A stretch of 64,000 nt of DNA from Octopus vulgaris (GCA_951406725.2 OX597819.1:8742001-8806000); one strand, 5' to 3'; counted from the stretch's first letter, positions 1 to 13,513 are shown. Translations and numbers: made by a program. The notes: a model not told the origin generated them from the sequence alone.

Positions 1-61
1 CCAGTCGTCAAGCGGTGATGGGGAACAAACACAAACACAAACACACACACGCATACACGCA

Positions 62-943
62 TGTAGGTTTGATCAATAAGTATCCGGAATGTTGACATAG
101 TAACGAAGCTAAAGGAAACAGAGTAAAGCAGCTTGGAACAGATTGACCTTGACCTCTGTTGTGCATGTGCACCACGATTTAATGTCCTAGCTCACTTCCG
201 CTGTTTACAACAGTGCTTCGAAGTAACGTGTGATCGTCTCATCGACCCTGACAGTGAAAGTTGTCATGGCGATACCTGCTCAAACTTTGCCGACCCAAAG
301 TTACAGAAAGCGTATGGAGGGGAGTGTATGAGCCGCACTCAAGTGTACGAGTGGTTCAGACGTTTCCAAGATGGCCGAAAAAATGTCGATATTGACGAAC
401 GTTCTAGGAGACCTGCAACCAGCAGAACTAAGAAAAACATCGCAGAAGTGCGTGTAACTGTGAGGGGAATCGTCGAATCACCATCCCTGAGTTATCAGAG
501 GATGTGCAGATTGGTTACGGTCTAGTTCAGTCTATTATCACTGAAGATTTGGGTATGAGACACATGTCTATCAAGTTTGTGGCAAAACTGCTTTCAGCTG
601 ACCGAAAGTACACTCAGGTTTCAGTCGCACAAGATATCCTTGATTGCGTCGAGAACGATGAAAATTTTTGGAAACTTTGCATAGGCTTGTGAGCAAGGTA
701 TCGTCAAGCGTTTTGCCAAAGTAGATGCAAATTCTTTGCTCAATTTTCACTGTCATGGTCAATGTGACGAACACACGTTGCACACGTTACTTCCAAGCAC
801 TGCTGTAAAGAGCGGAAGTGAGCTAAAACGTTAAAATTTAGTGTCCACGCATAGCAGAGTTTTAAGTTCAATATGGGCTTTACTTTCCGTACTTCAGCTT
901 CGTTACAATGGGCACAGTCTGGATACTTATTGATCAGACCACG
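62..943 (+). mobile_element. Mariner-derived non-autonomous element with long diverged inverted arms and a transposase N-terminal remnant
   Basis: Ends ggtttgatcaataagtatccgga and tctggatacttattgatcagaccacg|TA are inverted. The + frame reads KLQKAYGGECMSRTQVYEWFRRFQDGRKNVDIDERSRRP (mariner HTH). The - frame at the right end reads KIEQRICIYF (mariner N-terminus). Confidence 0.85.
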
Positions 944-2092
944 TACATTATTGGCGTCCAAATTGAATTGGCTACATTTCAAAAATGACTGAAAATCAGT
1001 TTTCTATTCTGATAAAGCATGCAACAATGATTTTTCTGATTCTTCAAGATTCCAAATCCAAGAAGTGAATTAAAGGTGATTTTACCCTAAAAGATTTGTG
1101 TTTAAGAGTTAACTGAAATATTTTACTGATATAATGTATCGTTTACGACAAAATTGCGATGCAGAAACAGACATTGAATCTTATGATAATCATAATATAT
1201 TATTGTCATATCTTTTTAGTCTCTTCTAACACCAATGATGGCGTGCCACATTCGGGAATTCTAGTCAACAGCAGATATACAGTGGTTTTCTTTTCATCGA
1301 CCCACTATTCGCTGAATGTTTGAATTTACCTTTAGTTACAGTCCTTTTAGTAATGATTATAATAAAGGATGGATGATACCAAATATAGTAAATTATAAAT
1401 AGTTGGTGTTAAATATTTTAAAAACCAATTTGTGAGTGAGGTGCTCTTAGTCTAAAATGTTAAACTTAATTATTTGAATGGTGATGTTGATTCGCCCTAA
1501 AATGAGTTTGCCAAAAAATGATTTTTGGTGGGATTAATTTATCGCTATGGAGGGTTGTCAGTTAAGTTCAGTTTGTAGTGTTTGAAATGAAGTTCTTTTA
1601 AAAACCAAAAGGCCTCCATTTTTCTCTATGGTTACGTTCTGTATGATACCATTATCTTTATTTTATAAGACATTATTATTTTCTTGTAAGTGATAGTAAT
1701 AACAGTAATACATTTTGTAAATAAACTTCGACTTAGGTTTTAAATATGCCATACGCCATCTCGGGCACACACTCATATATATTTAGAGCAGAGTTCTGTG
1801 TAAGTTTGTTTCAGATTGCTCAATTTAAGCTTATGAGCAATCTGAGTTTGATTGCTCAATTTAAACATTTGAATTTGCAAACGCGAGGAAAAAAGTATTC
1901 AATACTGAGCTGCAAGGATTTACCGTCATTATTCTCATATCAAACTGCTGTCATTTCATAAGCTATCGGACGTAACTCAGAGCAACGACTACAGTGAATT
2001 ACAGCTTCAAATAACGCACATACATACATTCACGCACATATGTATATATATATGTGTGTGTGTGTGTGTATTTATATATATATGTATATATA

Positions 2093-2500
2093 TGCAGGAG
2101 TGGCTGTGTGGTAAGTAGCTTGTTTACCAACCACATGGTTCCGGGTTCAGTCCCACTGCGTGGCACCTTGGGCAAGTGTCTTCTACTATAGCCTCGGGCT
2201 GACCAAAGCCTTGTCAGTGGATTTGGTAGACGGAAACTGAAAGAAGCCCGTCGTATATATGTATATATGTATATGCGTGTGTGTGTTTGTGTGTCTGTGT
2301 TTGTCCCCCTAGCATTGCTTGCCAAGCAATGCTGGTGTGTTTATGTCCCCGTTACTTAGCGGTTCAGCAAAAGAGACCGATAGAATAAGTACTGGGCTTA
2401 CAAAAATAGAATAAGTTCCGGGGTCGAGTTGCTCGATTAAAGGCGGTGTTCCAGCATGGCCGCAGTCAAATGACTGAAACAAGTAAAAGAGTAAAAGAGT
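2093..2500 (+). mobile_element. SINE family A (tRNA-like head, CORE-like ccttgggcaagtg segment, internal TA/TG microsatellite)
   Basis: A-box ggctgtgtggt, B-box ggttcagtccc, tail gtaaaagagtaaaaga; many near-identical copies in the window. Confidence 0.9.
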
Positions 2501-3041
2501 ATATATAAATATATATTTATACATATATATATACATACATACATAAATGTGTGTGTGTGTACTTTGTGAGTGAGTACGCGCATGCGTGTGTTGCAATTTG
2601 TTGCCATTTGTTTAAATATGCGATATTTAAAGAGTTAACTGTAGGCGTGACCAAGTAGTTTGTAGTTGGATGTAGTATTAGAACGTCGTTATTTTTATGT
2701 TGGCCATCACAACCTAAAAATAAAACAACCAACGTCATTGTAATCGCACTCTTTACTCATCATATGAATGCATTAATAACTGTAGCTTGATGCTTCATTG
2801 CAAAATACAAAACGAAGACAAAGCCTGATAGTATAATTGTCTAGCTGAATATATCATGTATACTCGTGTTCACAACTTGCAAAAAACATTGACAACATAT
2901 AGGCGCCAACAATCATACGTGTTTGCGTGCGTTTGTATATGTTTGTGTATGTTCATAAGTATGTGTATAAATTTATGTATACCAATCTATATCTATCTAT
3001 ATAATTTATCTCTCTCTCCATACACGCACACATGTATTACA

Positions 3042-3045
<4 letters not shown>

Positions 3046-3092
<47 letters not shown>

Positions 3093-3197
3093 CATATATA
3101 TATATGTATACACACAAATGTATATATAACTATGTATGAATATAGACATATATATACATATATATATATGTGTATGCATATATATATATATATGTGC

Positions 3198-3230
<33 letters not shown>

Positions 3231-3401
3231 TACATACATAAATGCATACATGCATACATACATACATACATGCATACATACATACATGCATACATGCATA
3301 CATACATACATGCATACACACATACATACATACATACATACATACATACATACATACATACATACATACATACATACATACATGCATGCATACATACATA
3401 C
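3046..3401. repeat. Compound (CA)n/(TA)n/(TACA)n microsatellite
   Basis: Direct reading; representative of dozens of such arrays in the window. Confidence 0.95.
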
Positions 3402-3662
3402 ACTTTAAGTTCGTTTACGGAAAACGTCTTTTAGTTCGCATATTAAAGCTCCTATTTTATTATGTCGACCACATCCTAATGATACTAACTTGCAACAGCG
3501 GTTTTATGCAGCTGCAGCGAATACAGGCTATAGTCGTAAGAGACCTGGTATTTGTGGAAACGCGCATAACAATGCATTAAAATATTTACAAATTCCAACC
3601 ATGGATTATTATTATTATTATTATTACCTAATATATATACATATATATACATACATACATAC

Positions 3663-3712
<50 letters not shown>

Positions 3713-4463
3713 ATATATATATATATATTTATTTATTTATTTATTTATATATATATATGCAAATGTGGGCACAGGACGTCATGAAACGTGTACAAAAAAA
3801 GACGAAGTACAAGTACATGAAATATGAACTATTTATTCGAACAACGTAAAATGGAAAACAAGACAAACAACATAAAGAACGACCCTTCATCAGTTGTTGG
3901 CTGTTTTTCCACTCTCGTATTTCGAGCATTTAACAGCAATGTAAACTTTCGATAAAACAGTTGCTTCTGCAAAGCAACTTAAATAAAATGTGGGATTTTG
4001 CGGAGGGTCAAAATTGGTAACATAAACAAGACAGTGAAAACAAACAGGAACGGCTGTTAAGCCTAAACGAGGTTGTGATGGTGAACGCGTAAATGAAGCT
4101 TCGACAGGAGACAGACAACAACACGTCTTGCTTGTTCCAGGTACAACGGAGAGAAAGAAAGAAACACAAGTTAGGAGAAGAAAGAAAGATGGCCGATCGT
4201 CCCGTGGCAGCCACATGAGCAAGGGAGGAGGAGTGAAGGAGAGAGAGTGACAGAGTTATAGTATAGAATAGTGGGAGAAGAAGAGGTAAAAGAATTAGAA
4301 GAGAGAAAAATGAAAGAGTAAAAAGATTGTATAGAGTGCGCATCAGAATTATTGAGATAAAACTTACTTGGAAGAAAATGCGTGGCATTCAGTCATATAA
4401 TAATATAAATAACATATATATATGCATATATCCATACGTATATGTACATACTTACATGTATAC

Positions 4464-4506
<43 letters not shown>

Positions 4507-4555
4507 TATGGATGTATCTGTACAGATAGACAAACTATATATGCATATGTATATA

Positions 4556-4624
<69 letters not shown>

Positions 4625-4688
4625 AAAATGGAGAGTTTGAACACAGAGAAAATCAATTTATTTGTATAATAGTCAATTTCTTATCGCT

Positions 4689-4771
4689 TACGTACGTTTC
4701 AATTTCTTACCTTCATTCATATTTTGCAATTAAGATTGCATTATGCATTTAAAAGGTATAACTCTCTTCAG
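4689..4771 (-). ncRNA. Hammerhead-like motif, long helix II, degenerate helix I
   Basis: CTGAAGA...GAAA-CGTACG-TA on the minus strand; palindromic helix III ACGTACGT. Confidence 0.55.
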
Positions 4772-4879
4772 GGTAAAAGATTGACAAATATTCGTTCACA
4801 TCCCGATTGATAAAGAGTTGCTTACAGACTGAAATAACAGCATAAATATAATATGTAGGAATAAAGTAATATCAGAGGA

Positions 4880-5210
4880 GCAGGATTACTACTATAAAGG
4901 CTCCACGGAAAATTATATGTAAAGCAGGATAGCCAACCATGAACGCACTTTTGAAGATAAGAGGAAAGAAGTTAGCACTAGTTTTAGGAGTTTATATATG
5001 GGAAATTAAGTACAAAAATAAGAATAAACACTGAAGTGGGAAATAATTAGCAGGGCAAAATCTTATAGCCTTGCATCAAAAGGTGTGACTTATGCGTTAA
5101 GTAAATTTTCTCGGTTATTACATTGAAGCACAAATTAATCGACAATAGAAGAGAAAGAGGTTTTTATAGCCCACATGTGATTAAATATATGTTTAATAAA
5201 TTCAAATAAA
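4880..5210 (+). pseudogene. Degenerate GIY-YIG endonuclease of a PLE
   Basis: With stops and frameshifts: YYYKGSTENYM*SRIANHERTFEDKRKEVSTS...YIWEIK...LKWEIISRAKSYSLASK...CDLC, matching the PLE GIY-YIG pattern. Confidence 0.75.
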
Positions 5211-5711
5211 TAAAAAATTAAATAGACATTATAGAAATAGATCTACGTCTAGTAATTCTCAATAAATATAATTAAGTAGGCATTATGTGTATAATTAAAT
5301 ATCTAGAACTAATAATTCTATATTAATCAAATAGAATACACATGGAAGCCCTTACTTGTAGCGGATGTATCAAAATAAATCATTTAACAATTGTATTAAA
5401 TACATGAGAACTAGAGAACTTATTATATTCATAAGGGAGAAATTATGTATGCGCGTGTGTGTATACAGATATGTATATGTGTATATGCGTGTGTATGTGT
5501 GAGTGTATACCTATATATTTTTATAAACTTTTATCTAGTTATATATAAATAAACACTCCATGAATGATAGAAATTGTAATAAACATAGGCAGTAACCTTA
5601 AAATGAAATGTGCCTCCACCATTTGAAAAAAGTCTAACTCCATGCATGTGATACGTAGTGAATCACACCTCTATTAAATATAAGAATTAATTTAAGTAAA
5701 TATATATATAC

Positions 5712-5783
<72 letters not shown>

Positions 5784-5786
<3 letters not shown>

Positions 5787-5991
5787 CATGTTGATTCGCT
5801 AGCTTCTGTACGCATTTTTTCCTCTCCTTGTTTCTCTCCGTGTTTCTTTTCTGTGTATCTTTCTGTTGAAGAGCGTAGGCTCGAAACGTAAAAGACTTGT
5901 TTTATTTGTATTCCTGAGCGCCATACTAATACAATTGTTTGTTTGTATTCCACCTGCCTTCGTCTTTTGTTTATTTTCATAAAGCTTCCCG

Positions 5992-5992
<1 letters not shown>
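5784..5992 (+). mobile_element. ~210-bp HHR-bearing element flanked on both sides by (TA)n
   Basis: Second copy at 21155-21360; both end in cttcccgt followed by (TA)n. Confidence 0.8.
5858..5895 (+). ncRNA. Minimal type I hammerhead motif, A6U core variant
   Basis: TCTTT-CTGTTGA-A-GAGC(gtag)GCTC-GAAA-CG-TA-AAAGA: 5-bp helix I, 4-bp helix II, ACGT palindrome. Confidence 0.65.
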
Positions 5993-6027
<35 letters not shown>

Positions 6028-6426
6028 CCTGAGCTATCAAAAAATAAGACCAATACATCTAAATAAATAAAGATTATAATAAAAATTGAAATTCTCATAA
6101 CTAAATATGTTAAATAAATATATTGATTTGGATTCCTACGAATTTATATATATATTTTTTTATCCTTTTCACAACTGAATAGAGACAGGAGTTGTAACCG
6201 GTCTTTATGAAACCGATAATAGGAGAATGGTGGTATGACCCCGTCCCCCAGAATTACAACAAGCCATTGTTCACTTTGGTCGTAGTTTAACTTCAACCTA
6301 TTTTTAGAAAGGAATTCAAAAGACACACATACTGACAAACACAAACACAAAAGCATGCTGCTGTCTCAATCTGTAAGCAACTCTCTCTCCATTAGGATAT
6401 GAACGAATATTTGTCAATCTTTCACC

Positions 6427-6509
6427 CTGAAGAGAGTTTTACCTTTTAAATGCATAATGCAATCTTAATTGCAAAATATGAATGAGGGTAAGAAATTGAA
6501 ACGTACGTA
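6427..6509 (+). ncRNA. Hammerhead-like motif, long helix II, degenerate helix I
   Basis: CTGAAGA-gagttttacctt...agggtaagaaatt-GAAA-CGTACG-TA. Confidence 0.55.
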
Positions 6510-6772
6510 AGCGATATGAAATTGACTATTATATAAATAAATTGAATTTTTTTCTGTGTTCAAACTCCCCATTTGCCTTATATTATATTATTAAAATTCT
6601 GTTCTCCTATATTGAATGGATGAAAACATCTATAACGCCAACTAGAACTTCATATGTTTTAACACTAATACTAACACAAAGTAATGAAATGCAAATTATA
6701 TTAATCGATATGGAACTAAATTGGTGTACACTTGGATAAAATACATCCTTAACCACTTTCCATTTGAAACTT

Positions 6773-6962
<190 letters not shown>

Positions 6963-7500
6963 CTATCTATACACATACATACATATTTCTGGAATAATCT
7001 AGAATTGAACGAGGACTATTTATTTGCGGTTCATAATCAAGTGTGGACACAATAGAAAAAGGGTCCTTTAGATACATATATTGTATGTCCGGTGCAACTG
7101 GACTTCTCTTATTCTAGTTCACACTTTGTGCACTATATACCGTAATGGTCACATCATTTCTCGATTATGATATGTCAATTGAATTTATATCTCAAGGGAA
7201 AATTTATTAAACAAAATTCTTAATATACATGCGAATGTCCTCTCAAAATATTATTTTATATTAATCTCTGGTGTAGTTTTGATCGATTGATTTGGCCAAT
7301 TCACTTGGGTCATCTAAAGAATGAATTAGTAGCTTCCTGTGTGATCGATAACTTCCACAATTAAATTAGAATTTAACCAAATTGAATAAACAATGGCCTG
7401 AGTGAATTATACTTGCACACACACACATACACGTATATCTACCAATGGATATAAATATATAAATATATATATATACATGCATATATCGTATATACATATA

Positions 7501-7558
<58 letters not shown>

Positions 7559-7901
7559 GAGTTCAGTTTATGAATTAATGAATTAGTGCATGTTTGTGAG
7601 TTATACTGAAAACACGACTGTGATCAAATTTTATAATTTCTTTATGGATTATTTTATGAAGAATTTTTCCGTCTTCGTTATATGTCCATTATATTTTGTT
7701 TGCCACACTAACGATCTTATATCCATCAATGTTCTTAATCCGTTTCATTGACCCATTTCTGTGTGGTGTAAATGAGAAAGATTTCAATGGTTCTGTTTTC
7801 GCTTGAATAACGTGGATTTAGCAAATTCACCACTGACGCCCAAATCTTTCGGCTATTAATTTCTATAGTTAGCGTATTATGAAAGTGTACCAAGTGTAAC
7901 A

Positions 7902-7963
<62 letters not shown>

Positions 7964-8327
7964 TGTGTCGGTGTGTCTGTGTGTGTCTTGTCTCTGTGTG
8001 TGTGAGTGAATCTATGGAACTCCATACAAAATGGTTGTTATTCTGATGCGACTTTTTCTTTTCAAAGATTTGTAGCTTTCTTGATCTAGGTTGCCTTAGT
8101 TTTCTCAATTGTTACATTATCAGGCTGCTTGATGGATTTAGTCAATGTTGAGGGATATGCAGTCAACGTTAGTCGGAAATGTTATTGATGTTTCTCTGAT
8201 TGATAACTTAGATGGCTTTGGTTTCATCCAATATCGGACCAGGTGATGGTTAACGTAACAGCGCCATCTAGGGAGGTTGTTTAAGTCATGTTTCTAGATA
8301 CCCTGGATCACTTGAGCAAAGAATATT

Positions 8328-8560
8328 TATTTCTTTACTACCCACAAGGGGCTAAACACAGAGGGGACAAACAAGGACAGACATAGGTATTAAGTCGATT
8401 ACAACGACCCCAGTGCGTAACTGGTACCTTTATTTATCGACTTCGAAAGGATGAAAGACAAAGTCGACCTCGGCGGAATTTGAACTCAGAACGTAACGGC
8501 AGACGAAATACCGCTAAGCATTTCGCCCGGCGTGCTAACGTTTCTGCCAGCTCGCCGCCT
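8328..8560 (-). mobile_element. SINE family B with 16-bp TSD
   Basis: tRNA-like head ggcggcgagctggcagaa...gagttcaaattcc, central tttcatcctttcg..gtcgataaa..gtaccag domain. TSD ttgagcaaagaatatt at 8312-8327 and 8561-8576. Confidence 0.9.
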
Positions 8561-9011
8561 TTGAGCAAAGAATATTGTTGACTGAGAGGTATCCAGATGT
8601 TGGTGGTTTGTCGGAATATCCTTTGAATGTTGTAGGGTCTTTTTCCACTTGAATTTTTTTAGGGGGACAACCGTTGATGGTGTTATTTGTGGAACCTCGA
8701 CCACCAGTATTGATTTATGCATTTATTTGAAATCGCCTGCTTGATATTACGAAAAGTGTAACTGAGCAGAGAGGATTTGAATTCGGCATATAATGCGAAA
8801 AACTTTATTCTTTCACTTGACAAAGCTATATAATTTCAGTGGTGGAGAATGAATGTAAAGTTATGACATTCATACATTTCTACACATTGAATATGCATAA
8901 GCGAGGGCGAAACACAATTCGCTGTCAGTTGTTCCGTCGGCTTTATGGCGTCTGCCAATACATACTGTTTAGTAGTATATAATCATACAGTTAGATATAT
9001 GTATGCCAGTT

Positions 9012-9044
<33 letters not shown>

Positions 9045-9806
9045 ATGTATGTATGTATGTATGTATGTATGTATGTATGTATGTATGTATGTATGCATGT
9101 ATGTATGTATGTATGTATGTATGTATGTATGTATGTATGTATGTATATATGTGTATGTGCGTATACATGTATATAGATACACACACAGATGCATATATAT
9201 ATATATATATATATATATGACATACACACATACACACTCACTCGGACACACGCATACACGCATGTGTGTGGGGTTGTGCATATATTGCGTGTAGGCCACT
9301 ATACGCTATGTTTCGTCCCAGAAGGCCTGGCAGCATTTTGAAATTCTCAAAAGAATACCGTCACGTGATTCTATTACCATTATGTTCTATTATTCATTTA
9401 TATATTTTATGTATAAGTAATGATCAGGCCTGCTTTTTACGATGTACATAGCTGTAGCATAACATGGTACTATAGTGTTCATATAATTAATGTTGCTGTT
9501 ATCATATATTATTGTTGATGTTATTATTTTTAAAAGTTTGTCTTCCATTTTAGCCTGCCTCCCATGTGAGTCAGTATATGTATTTTTGTATCCCTGCCTG
9601 CCTTTCTCTATGTATGCATATGTGTGTTTATGTCCCTGGGCCAACATTATATTTAGACATCCACAAACACAAATATAAAACATATACACAGTCAAACACA
9701 ATAACATTCGCACATACACATATATCTTTGAGTGTGCATATACACCCATCCATATGTATGAATATATGTACATAGAAGTATATGTACATACGCGTGTATA
9801 TACATA

Positions 9807-9852
<46 letters not shown>

Positions 9853-9855
<3 letters not shown>

Positions 9856-10076
9856 TTTCTTTCTTTCTTTTCTTTTACTTGTTTCAGTCATTTGACTGCG
9901 GCCATGCTGGAGCACCGCCTTTAGTCGAGCAAATCGACCCCGGGACTTATTCTTTGTAAGCCCAGTACTTATTCTATCGGTTTCTCTTGCCGAACCGCTT
10001 AGTGACGGGGACGTAAACACACCAGCATCGGATGTCAAGCAATGCTAGGGGGACAAACACAGACATACACACACAT

Positions 10077-10112
<36 letters not shown>

Positions 10113-10268
10113 ACATATATACGACAGGCTTCTTTCAGTTTCCGTCTACCAAATCCACTCACAAGGCATTGGTCGGGGCTATAGCAGAAGACACTTGCCC
10201 AAGATGCCACGCAGTGGGACTGAACCCGGAACTATGTGGTTGGTTAGCAAACTACTTACCACACAGCC
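9853..10268 (-). mobile_element. SINE family A
   Basis: Reverse complement of the 2093-2500 family. Confidence 0.9.
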
Positions 10269-11019
10269 AATATACATACATACATACATACATACATACA
10301 TCAGAAATTTTGTATTCGAGTAGATATACGACTGTTAAGTTTAGAACTCCAAGCAGATTTTCAAAATCGATCTGTTTTCTTTATAGTTGTTGATTAACTA
10401 TTATATTGAGTAGCATTACCAGTGCTGAGTTACAGACCAAATGTAAGAAAAACAAGGATAAACCCACGTTCATATGAAGGTTCGTACGTGCATTTCACCA
10501 TAAGGATTCTTTGGAGCATGTGACTGAAACTCTAAATGCGTAGATCAACCACAACGGATTCTCAGGGAAGATTTTACTCCATCAAATTACAGATAACTAC
10601 GACCGCAATATAGAGTCCCCTGGTGATCCGATGTAGTTGAGCATTTATATGCATTTGGAACTTCTATCACAGGCTACAAACAGCCATAATTGTGAAACGC
10701 ATGTAATAACTTGAAAATAAAGTTATGTTCATCTTTGTTTTCACCAGAAACACGTGTGTGTGTGTGTGTATAATTCCAAATTTAAAGGAGTGTAACAGGT
10801 AACATGTAACCTGTATATGTTTCCAATCTTGCTAAAGCTCATTATGGATGTATAACGCAACAACGAACTCTCCTCCGAGTAGCTATGTATGCAAATCGTA
10901 CGATTTGCATACATACATACATACATACATACATACATACATACATACATACATACATACATACATACATACATACATACATACATACATGTGTGTGTGT
11001 ATTAAATAGATTTGTTGTG

Positions 11020-13005
11020 TAAGGCCGGAACAATGCCAGAAGATAAACTACAAAAACAAAACCATAACAAAGTTCTAGTCTTAACCTATATTTCTATATT
11101 TCGAGGCTATGACCCATTCTTCAAGAAATTTGGAAGAACGAAGGGTGGAAAAGGTTGTTGCCCAAAAGTGTGTGGAGGAGACAAACAGGGAAATGAGAAA
11201 GGTATAGATTAATGAAATAACGACATAGAGGACAAGAGTAAAGGAGAACAGGTAGATTTCGCTCTTACTGCTCCGTAAATCTGAAAATAAGGACTTGATC
11301 TGGTATAATGTTTCCTTCAACTGTGCCATATCCATAAACATATATAAGAAATTTATGACAATTTTAGCAAAACTTCTCTGTTTCCCGCAGATATAATAGA
11401 ATTTTTTTCCCGTAAGATAGTTAGTATCTCATATTCTACTCTCCCCAATATGGGTACCATCACAGGCAGGTTAAAGAGAAAGAATAATAAATTAGCAAGA
11501 GATGGTAATGATAATAATGTTACTGTCAACACCAACTTAAACTCCTACAATGTGAATAATAATATTAATGGTGACGTAGAAAATAGAAACAGCGGTAATA
11601 ATGCTTTTAATAATACAATATAGACTGTAGCTCTGAGGTCTATTATATTTGGGAACTGAAGGAAAGCGGAATCGAATTTAGCCTTAAATGGGATATCATA
11701 AGGAAAGAGCAGCCTTATAGAGATAGTCGATACGGGTGTGAACTGTGCTCTCCGAAAGCTTAGGAATCTTTTAGATATAGGGGCAAGAGCAACCTAATTA
11801 ATAATGGATTAGACCAAAGGGTAACATGCGTACATAGGGTCAACCGTACATTTAAATGTTTTCGAAATTAGCGTTTAAAGATGCCATACTTGAAACAGGA
11901 TGAGGGAAATTAATTCTTAGTGTCATATCTGATGTGAACTTACACCCCGGTATTATATATAATAAGTTATATATATTTTCTTACTATTCTCTATAATTTC
12001 TTATTGTTTTGTTTTCTTATTTTGATATATTTACCTATTAACCTCTTATCTCTTATAAGTTATTAATGTTCTTAAAGAGAAATATAAACTATTATAACCT
12101 ACCCATAATAAAGTACAAATATTTGTGTATATTTGCATGTGCGCACATAGTTAAATATGCGGATGTATCTGTGCACAACTTATTTTTCTGATTTTCTGAT
12201 TCTTAGCTTATAACTAATATAAAGATAGCATGATTTATCACCCCAGTATTCCATAAGTAAATACCAAGAGCAATGTTTATAGAAACCACCTTATAAGTAA
12301 ATAATTAAGAATTGGTATAAATATTAAACTAATTCTATGTAATCTAATGTTGAAAATTGGTATATATACACAGTTTATCTATTCTGGTTATAATATCATT
12401 TTTAGTAATCTTAAATTTTATCTTCATACAACATAACAATATTGTTTATATACAATCATCCATAGTAACCCATGATAATTTCCTCTGTATTAACATCATA
12501 GGTTTTATTAGCGTCTTGTCCCCTTAACTATTAATTAACATCTTGATTTGGGGTCTTCCCCTAACCAGCCTCCTTTATAGACAGTTACTTATACAAATCC
12601 TAAAATTCTGACGATATTTATGACCCTGCCCTCCATTCTAAACAGACACTGCCCTCTGGCCTTAGATTTGGCAGTTGATAAAAAAGACTAATAAATTAAA
12701 AATGAACCACAATCCTTCACAAGCTATGACCGTAACAAACTGTATACAGTTCTTAGAAGTGTAGTATATTCTTAGTTACATTAGTAGCAACATGAACTCG
12801 TTCCCTCTTCTTGCACTATTAGAGAATTTAAGTAAAAGTATATCAATGTGTCCAATTGATTAAAAATTCTATTTATTTATGCTGCTGAAGATAGCCCTGC
12901 ATTTAAATGGATGTAATGATTGCATTGTTCAATTAAATGGAGTTACTTGAAACGGTCGTGCTGCATCACCTCTTGATATCCTGCTACTTATTTTGATTAT
13001 ACAAA
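11020..13005 (+). mobile_element. Degenerate Penelope-like element ending in an HHR-bearing pLTR
   Basis: 11295-11490 reads IWYNVSFNCAISINIYKKFMTILAK...RYNRIF...SISYSTLPNMGTI, like the PLE IIWFNPP...VSYSCMPN linker. The 3' end (gatatcc...ttattttgattata) is homologous to 24900-25020. Confidence 0.65.
12879..12966 (+). ncRNA. Hammerhead motif, long helix II, probably inactive (G at position 17)
   Basis: ATGCTG-CTGAAGA-...-GAAA-CGGTCG-TG-CTGCAT. Confidence 0.6.
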
Positions 13006-13020
13006 TACATACATATGTAC

Positions 13021-13091
<71 letters not shown>

Positions 13092-13513
13092 TTGACAAAG
13101 GCTGCAAATCAACACCAACATTGTTTGAAACACGAGTCACACGAACAGAGCATTTCCTGTTCAACAGAGCATTTTCTATTCACTGACAAGGGAGACAGCC
13201 TCCCCCACAGCAAGCAAGGGCGTCATATCGGCCGGATGATTAAAGATAGAATTAATCCTCATTGGTGACGCTACTGCATTGCCGGTGGGTAAGCTAAATC
13301 GACTTGACAGCTTGTAGAATATACCATAGGAATCAGTGGCTAATTCAGTAAAATGGTAAAGTGAAAATTATAAAATGATTGCACCCTTAGTCACTTGTAT
13401 GACCATTTTATTTGTGTCCTTTGGTTTTCAATTGCGTCTTGCCATTTTAATCATTTTATATATATATACATACATATTTTATCAAATGCACACACGCATA
13501 CAAACACGCACAC

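Larger units (their letters stand above)
4622..6580 (+). mobile_element. 5'-truncated Penelope-like element with inverted 5' pLTR (4622-4830) and direct 3' pLTR (6356-6580)
   Basis: 4622-4830 is the reverse complement of 6356-6580. A degenerate GIY-YIG frame lies between them. The left end abuts (TA)n. Confidence 0.75.

Noticed and set aside
1999-2325. Recurrent ORFs such as ...RRHLPKMPRSGTEPGTMW and MLGGQTQTH
   Set aside because: Chance frames through SINE A copies.
2856-3580. Long ORFs rich in YI/HT/CV/MY repeats (here and throughout the window)
   Set aside because: They are translations of (TA)n, (CA)n and (TACA)n microsatellites.
3420-3600. GAAACGCG with an upstream hairpin, possible HHR
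   Set aside because: No acceptable core heptamer or UH site.
3880-3900. CTGATGA on the minus strand in a pLTR-like segment
   Set aside because: No matching helix II/GAAA half was found before the microsatellite.
8577-8725. Possible CR1/L2-type LINE C-terminal remnant on the minus strand (IPDKP-like)
   Set aside because: Too degenerate to support by eye.
10615-10760. CTGGTGA ... GAAACACGTG, possible HHR
   Set aside because: Helices I and II cannot be formed convincingly.
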